DNA from: Chiloscyllium plagiosum | Taxonomy: Eukaryota | Assembly (NCBI RefSeq): GCF_004010195.1 | Contig: NC_057719.1 | Coordinates: 23,245,686-23,299,984, forward strand | Length of the DNA stretch: 54,299 nt | Direction of reading: 5' to 3' | Shown: positions 1-12,590 of the stretch, one piece after another | Numbering within the stretch: position 1 is the stretch's first letter | How the letters are laid out: the number at the start of each line of letters is the position of its first letter | Notes under the pieces: generated by a model | The model's database searches: none | What the model saw: the letters and a program-made list of their open reading frames with translations, nothing else | What the model was told of the DNA's origin: nothing | Translations under genes and position numbers: made by a program

Positions 1-989
1 ACATTGTTTTATTTGTGCAATGTTTACTTGCAATTACTCCAAATTACCAGAAAAGCTGAATGCATCAGTATGAACTGATTTTGGTCCCTGTTGTCATTTT
101 GTATAAATATTGATATTGTACTAAATAACAGCTGAGAGCTCTGGAAATTTGGAATGATATTTAATTTTTAGTTTAGATGAAATCAACTATACTGCATGAC
201 TGCAGGCCCTTAACTTAAACATTTAGCTGTAAGGAAATAGGTGGCACATGATATGGAATGGCAAACAATCAATAGTTTTATTATATTTGTAAAAGTACTC
301 ATTCACACAATTAAAATGCCCCATTCCTTGAGATTGCCAACTGAACCAATCAAGCAACTTACCAAGTACATATAAAAAATGGGTATCCTACTCACAGTGG
401 AATGAACCTACAGCACTTTTCTGTAAGCTTGCTATCACTCTCTAATGAGGAATAGTTCTGAGAGTAGTTGTCTTTCCAAAATAATTCTGTACAAATGTCA
501 TTGCCTCAGTGATGCATTATTGTCCTATAGATTTCTCTAGGTCAGTGATTTCACCAAACAACATTTCAGGAGTCATTAGCAGAACAATATGGCCTGAAAA
601 TTCCCTACTTTACATGGCATTTGTGGGTAGAAGGAAGTTGAAACCATTCTGTTTACCTTGATAGAGTCTCAGGTTTAGTGTGGTAAAGGAATAAACAGTA
701 ATGAGTCTTAACAAGAAGAGGGTCTTGTCTTAACAGATGTAGTTTGTTGTATGATAGCAATTAGGTACAAATAGCACAATTATATTAGTAAATTAGACAT
801 TGTTACTAATACATTTAGGAGGCCATAGATAACCTATCTGCATCCTTTACGATCCAAGGATATTCTCCCAATTTCCCTACCCAAGTCGCATGATGTTGTT
901 TAATTTGGGGGAAGAGTAGTGCAGTCTCCAACATTAATTCATTGAGAATAATTCACTTATATAATATCCAAGTTTCAATCACCTTAAGT

Positions 990-1432
990 GGGACTCAGTG
1001 CCCTTGTGGTATTGCTGCCGGACTATTTAATCCAGAAGCTCAGCTAATGTTCTCGGTTTGAACCTCACCAGCAGGTGGTGGAATTTGAATTCAATGAAAA
1101 AAATCTGAAATTAAGAATCCTCTGATCACCATAAAACCATTACCAATTGTCAGGAAAAGTCCACCTAACTAGTGCTAACTAGGAAATCTGCCATCTTCGC
1201 CTAGTAGATTACATGTGACTCCAGACCCAAGCTATGTAGTTGACTCTCAACTGAATTGAATTGAATTTATTGTCACGTGTACCGAGGCACAGTGAAAAAC
1301 TTTGTCTTGTAAGCAATACAGGCAAATCACAGTGTTAACTGCCCACCGAAATGACCTAGCAAGTACTCAGTTCAAGGGCAGCTAGGATTAGGCAATAAAT
1401 ACTGGCAAGTCAGAGACACTCATGAGTGAACA
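990..1432 (+). mobile_element. tRNA-derived SINE, second shark family (here called SINE-B), interrupted by a LINE tail
   Basis: tRNA-like head, body GGTGGAATTTGAATTCAAT...CATGTGACTCCAGACCC, tail AAGGGCAGCTAGGATTAGGCAATAAAT. Homologous copies at 42155, 34275 and 49175. Confidence 0.75.
1253..1335 (-). mobile_element. 3' end of an L2/Rex1-like LINE with (TTCAA)n tail, inserted in SINE-B
   Basis: GAATTGAATTGAATTTATTGTCACGTGTACC; AACTG on both sides; host SINE resumes after it; related tail near 50903. Confidence 0.55.
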
Positions 1433-3004
1433 ATATTTGCGCAGTATATTAAGATGAAAATGATTCCTCTTCCTATTATAGATCCAAAGGTTAGTGAAGT
1501 TACTGACATTTAGCAGACATTAGACATATGTGTCCATGACAGAAGAGCAGCTGTTTAGTCTTCCTAATGTAGAAAAGGGTCAATATGAGCAACAAACTTA
1601 TTAAGTTGAAATATTTACAACTTTCAGAGAAAACTCCCAACCAATTTACTTTTTCATCTGGAAGGAATGTTCAGGATGTTAGAAGATGAGAACAGAAGAG
1701 GTAAAACATATTCTATGATTATATTGATAAGCTTTAACCATGTTCTTTATGAAGTCCAGTGTGCTACTTTCCAGTAACCTGTGTACTTCAACATGCAACA
1801 CAGAATTAATTGTTCAATTATTGTAGCTCAGTCGTATTGGAGTTGACCAGAAGCTACTTCTAGTTGTATCTTCTGCAGGAAATTATGTTCACTATGAAGC
1901 AGTTCGAACAGCTGTTCATTGGCTTACAATAATCTTTTATTATCATATTGGGTCCAAATTATATTCATCCATTACCCCATTCACTTGTGATACTGTATTA
2001 TATTTTCTAAACTGATGAAAGTGCACATACACAGTTTCTTGCAGCAGTTGGCAAATCTTCAGCAACAATGTGATCCAGGATTTTAAACGTTGGTCTTTTT
2101 TTTTCTATGTTTTGTTTTACAGTGTGTGATTTTACACATCACCATTTCTCCTTCGTTCCTCCCAAAGCTATCTCTTTACGTAAATAGCATATTCAGAAAG
2201 CATATCTAATCCAGTCATTGAAGAATAAGGTTAACATTGATGTATTTACAATTTTGTGTTTTCCAGTAGGGGATGGTCTGGATATTATGACACTATTTGA
2301 TGCCTGCTAAACACTTAGAGATTCTGAGATTACCTCTGCCATGTATTGTATGTTGTGTTTTGTGTGTTTTGGGGTGAGTTACTAGAGCTTACAATGAAGA
2401 GAAAGGAAATAAAGGCTGTTGGTCATTCCTTAGATTGTAACATTAACCATCCACTGTTGAGTCATCTGGTCTTCTTTCATATTATACTAGCAATAAACAA
2501 ACAATTATCAATGTATTAGTTAGACATCCAAGGATATATGTCTAGTGTAATTTCATATATATCTTATAGACTGGTTGGGAATTTTCTCTGAGTGCAATAT
2601 TTGATGTACTCCAGGGTCAAAAGATTTGTTAATTATAGTATGGAGGTGCTTTAATCTACAACCTAAGGTGAAGGTGACAGCTTCCACTATGACCAGTTCT
2701 GAGGTATTGTTGTTTGTCTATCTTTTGAGAGAAATGATTGATCCTTAAGGTTGCACAATGGTGCCCTCTATAAGATATCCAACTGGTATATCATTGTTCT
2801 TCCAAGCATTAATCCGTTGGTCATTGAGATTGAGGAAAGATCACTGGAGAGCATTGGTTATGATCCAAAATGTCCTTCTATATTTCAAATAGGTTGGTCA
2901 ACTCAGCCTGGATTGTTATGATTTTATCGATGTAATATCTGTTGTTATTGGTTGCCAAAATCCTGGATGAAATCTGCAGCTGGGATCACTGTGCTCAAAG
3001 ATCA

Positions 3005-4070
3005 GTTTAATACTGCAGATGCTGCAATCTGATGTAGAAACAGAAAGTGATGAAACACATCATCTGAAGTCCGAAACAGTGAGAAATGTGACATGCTTAA
3101 AGCAAGTATAGAAGCATTGAAAGAAAGGAAGAAAGGACAATAAAAGGAACGTCCTTGATAAAGTGGAAGGAAGGAGTTAGTAAATGTCAAAAACAATGGT
3201 GCAAGACAAAACCAGACGGTAATGGGACAGTTAAAGTGAGAAAAATACATTCAGAAGTGACATAAAAGGGAAATCTCAATTTCTGTCAGCTACCATAGAA
3301 AGCACATGAACCTATTAATTAGGAAGAGGCGTAGACCACTCAATCTCTTGGATCTGCTCCATCAACCAATAAGAGCATGATCATCTGACTTCTCCACATT
3401 GCTGCCTGCCCCAGTAAACGTTCAACCTTTGCTTATCAAGAATCTATCTATCTTTGCCTTAAAAAGATTCCTAGACTTTGCTTTCACCATATTTGAGGAA
3501 GAAATTTCTAAAGTCTCACAACCCTCACTGAGGAACAAATCTCCTCTTCTCTATCTTTAATGAGCAATCCCTTAATTTTAAACAGTGGCCCCTCGTTCTA
3601 AGTTGTCCCAAAAAAGGAAGTATCCATGCATATCTTGTCAAGGCCACTCAGTATCATGTATCTTCTATATAAAACTTCATTTTTTAACAGCAGAGCAAGT
3701 GGAAAGAAAATGGTGTCCGAGGTTAGGAGCTGAATTTATTGAGTTCAATACTGAGTCAGAAAGGCTGTGAAACGGTTTAGTGGAAAATGTGCTGTAGGAA
3801 CCTGAGCTTAAGCTCATTAAAATCAATTATATACAAGATACAGAGGACAGAATATGAAAGCAATAACAATTAAAACATACAGGCAGATCAGAGACGCAAT
3901 TGTGAACTGATTGAGGTGCTCCATAGATCTGTGTTTAGTCCTTCCAATATGGAAAAGACCATATTGCTAGCAACAAATACAATATGCTATACTGATGTAT
4001 ACAAGGAAACTAATGTTTCAAATGGAAAGAGGTTTTGGTATCTTGGATGGTAAGAATGGGTAGATTAAAA
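3005..4070 (-). mobile_element. Old Penelope-like element remnant, split by a CR1 tail
   Basis: Begins ATACTGCAGATGCTGCAATCTGA like other PLE ends here; 3730-3800 resembles the GIY-YIG C-terminal region seen at 20502-20600. Confidence 0.5.
3293..3685 (-). mobile_element. Old CR1 3' fragment
   Basis: Degenerate similarity to CR1 3' ends at 38786 and 42712. Confidence 0.65.
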
Positions 4071-4719
4071 GGTGTTTCTTGGTGATATTGATAATTCATC
4101 TATAATGTTGTAAATGAAGTTTACTAAGACCATACGACATAAAGTAGTAACAGGAGTAGGCCATTCAGCTGCTCAATGCCGTTCACTAGAACCGTGGCTG
4201 ATCCAATGCTATTTTATAACATTGCAACATGCAACACAAAATATCAGCTGTGTTTGAGTTGACCTATCCTTTCAAGGTGAGAAAATCTAATTGTAGTTAA
4301 TGAGCCCAACGAAGGTTCAGTCACTATTTCATTCGTGCTTACAGATTGGTGGGAAAAGAAACAAAATTAGTTCCTGTCTGATGTTATACATACTTTCGAC
4401 ACTGAAGTGTGAGGATGTGTTGAGAAGGTTTATACATATAAACTGCTTTTGCAGCCTTTTTCTATTGAATACGTGAGCTGAGAAGTGGAGGTAAAATTAG
4501 ATTATTATCGATCAATTGGAGCTAATTAATCTTCTGTATTTACTCCAGCATCTTCTTCATTGATAATTGCTTGACTGGATTCTCTGGAAGCTGCTCACTT
4601 TGTCTTATTAGGGCTCCAAGCAAGAAAGGGCCCAGACTGATTGTTTCATGTTAGCAGGTGTTTTGTTTTGATGCTGTCCAACAGTGTAACATCACGGCTT
4701 ATATATCCAAAGGCTATCT

Positions 4720-4764
4720 AGAACAGGTTTTACTTGCAGAATTTCAACAGGAACAAAGTGTTCC
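4720..4764. promoter_or_regulatory. Candidate tandem steroid hormone response elements (GRE/ARE, IR3)
   Basis: Perfect palindrome GGAACA-AAG-TGTTCC at 4750-4764 and near-match AGAACA-GGT-TTTACT at 4720-4734, in apparently unique DNA. Motif evidence only. Confidence 0.35.
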
Positions 4765-5724
4765 CGCATGACTGCTGCTAGCCTGTGTAATATTCACTTT
4801 AAAGCCGTTAAAATGGTATTTGTTGGAATATATTATTCTGTGAAGAGAGTTTTGCCTGAAGTGCCATCATCTCTGCAGCCTCAACAATTTAAAAAAGGCA
4901 GACTTGTCTATTATTCCAGTTGACCCTGAATAAACTATGGTGGAAAGCTTGCAGACCTACAATCCGTCCACCTAATGACATCCCTTTGTATAAATGGATG
5001 AAAAACTGAGTGGGCTCCCTATTAAGGCTGAAGCACCAGCTACACCTCTGTAAACATTCTCCCTCTTCAACTCCCAACTGATTCTAGACTTGCAAAAGCC
5101 AGAACAGGAAACTTAGTGTTAAAAACTGGTTCTACAATCTCAGACTGGGGAGAATTTTGCTGAAAGCCTCAATTCAACAACAAAAACTTGCATTTATGTG
5201 GCCTTGTCAATTTAATAGAACACTGGAATTAGAATTAACTTGTGTATAAAGCAATTATCAGTTGTCATTGTGGATTGTTGTTCACAATGTTGACGCCTGT
5301 TGCCACTAATGATCATGCTGCCTCTGGGTGCTGTTCTTCTTTTCCTCTGTAATCAACTATTGTCTCCCATATGAAAGAATTGATGTTTAAGGTTTTCAGA
5401 ACATATTTGTAAGCATCTGTGAGGACACAGCTTTGAGAATTCCACTGGTCTAATGGATCCAGCTACCTGACCAAACAAAAAATCCTAAACAACCACCCCC
5501 TCTCCTGTGAATATGTCCAAACCAGCAACGTCACCTCAGCCTGATGAATACCAACATACTCGGGAGCTTTCTTTTGAAGAGAACTGCCACATTTTTAATT
5601 TTCTCCTTCCTTGGGATATCCAGAACCTACTGCAAGCTTTTGCTAACCACTTGCAAGAGTTGTTACTTAATGTGATCAGATGCACAGATTTGATGAAATA
5701 AAAATGGAAAGAATTGTAGGTGTT

Positions 5725-5838
5725 GCAAATCAGAAACCAAAACAGCAATTGGTGGAAGAGCTCAGCAGGTCTGGCAGCATCTGTGGAGAGAAATCAGAGT
5801 TAACATTTCAGGTCGAGTGACACTTCCTCAGAACTCAG
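5725..5838 (-). mobile_element. Penelope-like LTR end with hammerhead-like motif
   Basis: CTCAGCAGGTCTGGCAGCATCTGTGGAGAGAAATCAGAGTTAAC matches 20170-20252; minus strand reads GAGTT-CTGAGGA-A-GTGTCACTCGACCT-GAAA-TGTT-AACTC. Confidence 0.75.
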
Positions 5839-6264
5839 ATATGAAAGCGTGACACCCTGTCCCGTGACTACAGATTTCTTGGTGCTTATTTTCGGGGTGA
5901 ACAAGACATAGGCATGGCAGAGTCAATCCATTAGTCTTTGCGGCTGAGCTTCCATGTTAGAAATAAGCACAGATTCAGCAGCACAGGCGAGTTCTCTGAT
6001 CCAGACATGCTGCATTTTGGTAAATCCTTTCAGTCAGGATGAATTGGACAAATTGAATCTGACTTAGTATGCAGGTAAACTCTGCAGTGAAGGTAGAGTT
6101 AAGAAGCAGGGAGAGGCAGATGCCAAACAAAGTAAGGGCTCAGACAAATCCCTGTTTATTCCATTCTTCATCCTGAAACTGCCAGATGTGATGCTATCAT
6201 ATTGACATGTAGGAAAGAAAGTTGTGAAGAGTACATAAGGAGGCTACAAAGGACTCATAGATAG

Positions 6265-7516
6265 ACTATGGGACTGAGATAATGAGGAAAGAGATCAGTC
6301 TGAGGCTGGTACAGCTGGGAAAGGGAGTGAGTCAAACAGTCAGGGCAGGAAGGAACAGAGCAGAGAATGAAATAGGACTGATAAATTAAATTTTATTTCA
6401 AAGCAAGAAGCCTAACAGGTAAGACATATGAACTGAGGGCATGGTTAGGAACATGGGACTGGGTATCGGATGGAGGGGTGCTTTTCAGACTGGAGGCCTG
6501 TGACCAGTGCTGTGCCACAAGGATTGGTGCTGGGTCCACTACTTTTTGTCATTTATATAAATGACTTGGATGTGAACATAGGACGTATAGTTAGTATGTT
6601 TGGAGATGACACCAACATTGAACAGTGAACAGTGGACAGTGAAGAAGGTTACCTCAGAATACTATGGGATCTTGATCACGGGCCAATGATCTGAGGAGTG
6701 CAAGATGGAGTTTAATTCAGATAAATGTGAGGTGTTCAATTTTGGAAAAGCAACTCATAGCAGGATTTATACACTTAATGGTAAAGTCCTGGCGAGTGTT
6801 GCTGAACAAAGAGATCTTGGAGTGCAGGTTCATAGTTCCTTGAAAGTAGAGGGACAAGTAGATAGGATAGTGAAGAAAGCATTTGGTATGCTCTCCTTTA
6901 TTGTTCAGAGTATTGAGTATTGGAGTTGAGAGGTCATGTTGCAGCTGTACAGGACATTGGTTAGGCCACTGTTGGAATATTGCATGCAATTCTGATCTTC
7001 CTATTGGAAGGATATTGTGAAACTTGAAAGGGTTCAGAAAAGATTTATAGGGATGTTGCCAGGGTTGGAGAATTTGAGCTATAGGGAGAGGCTGGATAGG
7101 CTGGGGCTGTATTCCCTGGAGTGTCAGAGACTGAAGGGTGGCCTTATAGATGTTTATAAAATCATGAAAGGCATTGGGTAAATAGACAATATCTTTTTCC
7201 CTGGGATTTGGGAGTCCAGAACTAGAGGGCATAAGTTTTGGGTGAGAGGGGAAAGATTTAAAAGGGACTGAACGGGCAACTTTTCCATACATTTTCCAAC
7301 ATGTGTGGAATGAGCTGAGAGGAAGGGGTGGAGGCTGGGACAGTTACAACATGTAAAAGGCATCTGGATGGGTGTATGAAAGGGAAGAGTTTAGAGGGAT
7401 ATGGGCCAAGTGCTAGAAAATGGGACTTGATTAATTTAGGATATCTGGTCAACATGGACGAGTTGGACCAAAGGGTCTATTTCGTGCTGTACATCTCTAT
7501 CACTCTATGACTCTAT
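6265..7516 (+). mobile_element. CR1 LINE, 5'-truncated and internally deleted
   Basis: Endonuclease start ([11 protein letters not shown]) joined near 6467 to RT ([24 protein letters not shown]); ends CTCTATCACTCTATGACTCTAT. Confidence 0.92.
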
Positions 7517-7519
7517 ATC

Positions 7520-7842
7520 CTGTTCCCTACATGTCTCCCCTGTTTGACCAAGGAAAACATCTTGATGTCCCTATATCATCTGTTTTTCACTTAAACTATC
7601 ATCTCTTCTGTTATTTAATGCTGTCCCCTTATCAGAAATCTAACTTATGTTTTTCCATGTGTTTTCATTCTTGCTCCCCTATTCTGCTCCCCCAGGGTCA
7701 GTGCCTGCATATGAATGACTGTATCTCTAACTTCTTGAGTTCTAACAAAAGTTATCAATTTGAAATGTTAACTCTGTTTCTTTATCCATGGATGCTGCCA
7801 GAACTTTAGAGATTCTCCAACAATTTTTCACTTTAATTTTGT
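7520..7842 (+). mobile_element. Degenerate Penelope-like LTR
   Basis: GAAATGTTAACTCTGTTTC...GATGCTGCCAGA at 7762-7802 matches other PLE ends. Confidence 0.45.
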
Positions 7843-8754
7843 AAATCTCTCGTTTCAAGAATGGTCCTGACAGTGTTAGGACCGTCAATAATTTTTTAAA
7901 AGTTGGTCTCCAAATGGCAATTACTCACGGAATAATTAACGATCAATCAATACTGGGAAAATAAAACTATCTCCCTCCTGTGAAACATCATGGTTGTGCT
8001 CAACTACATTAAAGGCAGAATAGAAAGACATTTTTTAACAGCATTGCTGTTAAAAATGTGGAAATTCTGCATGTAGTAACTCTTCGCTAAACCTTTCAAC
8101 TAGCCATCTTTGCCCCAAATGGCAGAGGTGCCACAACAATGTAACAATATATACTGAGATACATACTAACCCGAGAAAGTGATATTGTTGGGAAGTATGT
8201 CAGTGTCAGTGTGTCAGAAATACAAGCACGTAACATATATTTTTAAATTATATTGCATACATGATTCATCCATACGATATGATTTCCTGCATCAAATGCC
8301 TCTCAAATCAATGCTACTCACTAAAGCATTGTCCCAGCATTTCTCAACAAGGGAATTGACTTTACATATCTAAGACGTTGAAATAATTAGAGGATAAAAA
8401 CTTTGAAGATCAATTCAAATAAGTTGCAAAATTCTGCTGCAGATTTTATCTTGAATAAGTCCTGTCGCCATCCTTTCCTTGCACATACCTGCTTCCTTTC
8501 AAGAGAAACATGCACCTGGAATCTTCACAGAGTCCTAATGGCTACAATGCTTATCTTAGCTTTCTTGACTGCCTCTCTTGGGCTGTTCTACCACAGATTA
8601 CACTCTGTGACAGTTGGGACATTGATGCTCGGCTGCATTTTATCTCAGTTGTGGCAAAGTAAGAATAAAATCTGGGATCTTTAAAGATGTCTCCCCATGC
8701 ATTTCTTCAGGTATGAGACATGGCTACAAACAGAGGTCAAGGGTATGCATTACA

Positions 8755-9018
8755 ATTAGATTACTTACAGTGTGGAAACAGGCCCTTCAGCCCAACAAGT
8801 CCACACCAACCCTCCGAAGAGCCACCAGACCCATTCCCCTAACACTACAGGCAATTTAGCATGGCCAATTCATCTAACCTGCACATTTTTGGACTGTGGG
8901 AGGAAACCCACGCAGATACAGGGAGAATGTGCAAGCTCCATACAGACAGTTGCCTGAGGCGGGAATTGAACCTGGGTCTCTGGCGCTGTGAGGCAGCAAT
9001 GCTAACCACTGTGCCACC
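8755..9018 (-). mobile_element. HE1-like tRNA SINE
   Basis: Minus strand GGTGGCACAGTGGTTAGCA (A box), GGTTCAATTCC (B box), core GGTTTCCTCCCACAGTCCAAA, tail TCCACACTGTAAGTAATCTAAT. Confidence 0.88.
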
Positions 9019-10382
9019 AGTTCTGAGATCTCACTAAAACAATGCTATTAAAAAGCACACATTTTCTTTTTTTCTTTCCATGTCTCAGGACAAATATAGG
9101 TGGGTAATCTTTCCCCACATTCATCCCCACATCGCAAGGATGAATGCACAAAATTATATTGACAAGAAAAACGACACAAGGCCACTTCCAACAACTATTA
9201 ATTAAAGATGTAGATAAAATAACTTCATAATAAAAATCAAATAATCTTCTGCTATTAATAATAGTATTTGCTTTTCACTAATTAGTGCCCTATGTCACTT
9301 GAAAGTCATTAAAATCCTTACAGTACAATTGAAATATTTGCATATGCACAATTTCAGATTGCAGTCTAATTATGATTTCTTCTACCGAAGTACTGTAATG
9401 GAGAGTGCATCTTAAAAGAGCCCCATTTCTGTGACAGTTTGAAATAAACATGTTTGTTCACTTTAATTAAAATCTGGGGAGCATTCCTCATGGACAAAAG
9501 TATAATATGCCAGCAGGGTGTTAATTTGAAGTACTGGTTTCAGCAATGTAAGTGCTGTAATGTCAGTGTTCTGTGATTAACAATCATCTACAGAGCAGTT
9601 AGAACTGTAGACCTTTTCAGGATTTTTTCTCTCTCTCATCAGTCACTCCATGGGAGCGATTAACACACACTGCAGCACATATTCATTTTCTGTAATAAGT
9701 TTGTCGGATTTGGTCGCACCATAAATTGTTTAAATTACAACTTTGATTGTGCTTCAGCCATTGCACATGTCCCATAAGAAAAGACTTTATATCAGTCAGA
9801 TGTTTTCAAGACTATTGCACTGTTACTTTGGAATTGGGTTTCATGATGAATCTGTCAATAATGAAGTAAACTAGACCTTTACCATCCAACAGTAAGGATT
9901 GCCTCATCAGTTACTCTATTTTTCTTTCTTTGAATTTAGCACAATTCATTTTATTTATTTCTCCCTTAACCTCTCTTTCTTTGGCTGCTTGCGTTTGCCT
10001 TCAGTAGAATCAGCAGTGAGTATCATTCTTGTTTCTCTAGTTGCGGATTGGGCTCCCACTCCAGAGAGTTCAGCAAGTAATCTAGGTTCCCACTTCAGCA
10101 CAGTGCAGTCCAAGTTGTGATGCTTTTGATGATCTATCGAGTGGAATGTTTTAAACCAGAGATGAGAGTGTTTCTGGCTGAGCTAAATTCTGTGCAGCAT
10201 AGGGCTGCCATCTACATTATCCTACAGGGGGCTTTGAAAGGTTGGAGAGGTGGACTGTGGATCCAGTGGACAGCTTGTCAGCTCATGCCCCCAGCAAAAA
10301 TTTTATCAACCCTCTAGTGAACCAGTTGAGGCCTTTAAGTGGGATCTAAGCAGCTGGGGAAAAGGTCCAAGCTGAAGAGCCA

Positions 10383-11478
10383 TATAGAACATAAAACTTT
10401 ACAGCGCAGTATAGGCCCTTCAGCCCTCGATGTTGCACTGACCTATGAAACCAATTTGAAGCCCAGCTAATGTACACTATTCCATTATCATCCATTTATT
10501 CAATGACCATTTAAGTGCCCTGAACGTTGTCGAGTCTACTACTGTTGCAGGCAGGGCGTTCCATGCCCTTATTACTCTCTGAGTAAAGAAACTACCTCTG
10601 TCATCTCTCTTATATCTAACACCCCTCAATTTAAAGCTACATCCCCTAGTTCTAGCCATCACCATCCAAAGAAAAAGGTTCTCACTGTCTATCTTATCTA
10701 ATTCTCTGATCAGGTTATATGTTTCTATGAAGTCACCTTTCAACCTTCTTCTCTCTAATGAAAATAGCCTCAAGTCCCTCAGCCTTTCCTCATAAGACTT
10801 TCCCTCCATACCAGGCAATATCCAGTTAAATCTCCTCTGCACCCTTTCCAATGCTTCCACATGTTTCCTAAAGTGCAGCAACCAGAACTGTATGCAATAC
10901 TCCAAATTCAGCCACACCAGAGCTTTGTACAGCTGCAACATGACCTCATGGCTCTGAAATTCAATCCCTCTATCAATAAAAGCTACCATACCATATGCCT
11001 TCTTAACAACTCTATCAACTTGGGTGGCAACGTACAGGGATCGATGCACATGGACACTGAGATCTCTGTGCTCATCCACACTACCAAGAATCTTACCATT
11101 AGCTCTGTACTCTGCATTCCTTTTACTCCTTCCAACATGAATCACCTCACATTTTTCCACATTAAACTCCATTTGCCACCTCTTAGCCTGGCCCTGCAGC
11201 TTATCTATGTCCCTCTGTAACCTGCAATATCCTCCCGCACTAGCCACAACTCCACCAAATTAGTATTATCCACAAATTTACTAACCCATCCAAGTCATTT
11301 ATAAAAATGACAAACAGCTGTGGCCCCAAAACAGAACCTTGCAGTACACCCACTAGTAACTGAACTCCAGGATGAATATTTTGTATCAAACACCACCCTC
11401 TGTCTTCTTACAACTAGCCAATTTCTGATCCAAATCGTTAAATCACCCTCAATCCCATACCTCTGTATTTTCTGCAAT
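10383..11478 (-). mobile_element. CR1 LINE 3' fragment (RT C-terminal)
   Basis: ORF 10477-11247 (WQMEFNVEKCEV, LEYCIQFW, FFTQRVIRAWNALP); (CATAGAA)-type tail. Confidence 0.95.
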
Positions 11479-12377
11479 AAAATTGGCTGAAGGTGAATGG
11501 TGAGGTAGTTGATACTGAAGCTGTAACAAACACCACCTCCCCACTCCATCCCATGTACCATCTTCCACTGTAATACATGGTGATAGTGAAATACTAAAAG
11601 CTAAACTACGTTAGCAGCGGTTTCTTGTGCTGCCCAGTTCTTATCTGGCTCCTAGAATCTGTTTGTGATATTAATTCAGACTCACCTCATGGTTAATCTC
11701 CCCACCTACTCCCTCGCCTTTCCCAAAAAACTATACACATCCAGTACAGTATACCTCCTCAATCCACGAGTGCAGTCCCGAAAGTAGTCTAGACTCCAGG
11801 AGGCACTGTTGGTACCAGGAAGCGATGAGCTTCTGATCCCCAGCAACTCTAAGGAACAATACCTAGTTTCTGACAGGCAGAAGTCCCACTTCCAGACCAT
11901 TAAAGGCCAATTGACCATTGAAAAGCCACCATTTTTCATCCACATATGCTCCCACACATACCCCTTCCACCCACCCTTTTAGCTGGACTGACCCAGAACA
12001 CATGACTCCTGGTAAATGCCAGCTTATATTTACAATAAGCTATTGTTCAGTTGCAATGTGGGATGAAACAAAAAATTTTGCTTTGAGCTAAGTGATACTG
12101 ACAGATTGTTAACTACAGGGCCAGGTACTTAAATTAGACAATATTAAAAATTTGCTTTGGATTTAAGGCTACATGTTTTCAATCAACTTTCTGTTGAATG
12201 GCTGAGCAAGAGGCATATTAACTTACAGTAATCATTGTGCATGATTGATAAGTAAAATTTTAAATTGGCGATTTGTTTCAAATATCTTGTTGCAATCTTC
12301 CCATGAAATATGAACAAAGACACAAAATCAGTTATAAAATTAACTCCTTCAGTGCAAGAAAGAACTGCCTTCAAACT

Positions 12378-12590
12378 GTGATGTGGAGGTGCCAATGTTG
12401 AACTGGGCTGGACAAAGTCAGAAGTCACATGACACCAGTTTATATTCCAACAGGTTTATTTGAAATCACAAGCTTTCGGAATGCTGCTCCTTCATCAGGT
12501 GAAGTGTAGGGTGTAGCGCTCCAAAAACTTGTGGTTTCAAACAAACCTGTTGAACTATAACCTCGTGTTGTATGACTTCTGACTTTGCCA
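12378..12590. mobile_element. Fold-back Penelope-like LTR derivative
   Basis: About 75-bp imperfect inverted arms (12410-12485 vs 12514-12588); single-arm copies at 16231 and 41432. Confidence 0.72.
12466..12502 (-). ncRNA. Minimal type I hammerhead ribozyme motif (PLE-associated)
   Basis: UCAC-CUGAUGA-A-GGAGCAGCAUUCC-GAAA-GCUU-GUGA: both core boxes, stem I UCAC/GUGA, palindromic AAGCUU at stem III. Confidence 0.6.

Noticed and set aside
2123..2229. Plus-strand exon after a strong acceptor (TTTTGTTTTACAG)
   Set aside because: Stops in all frames and only a weak donor (AAG/GTTAAC).
6717..7292. 191-aa ORF and similar ones (10861-11220, 16995-17465, 23481-23681)
   Set aside because: Antisense shadows of CR1 RT sequence.
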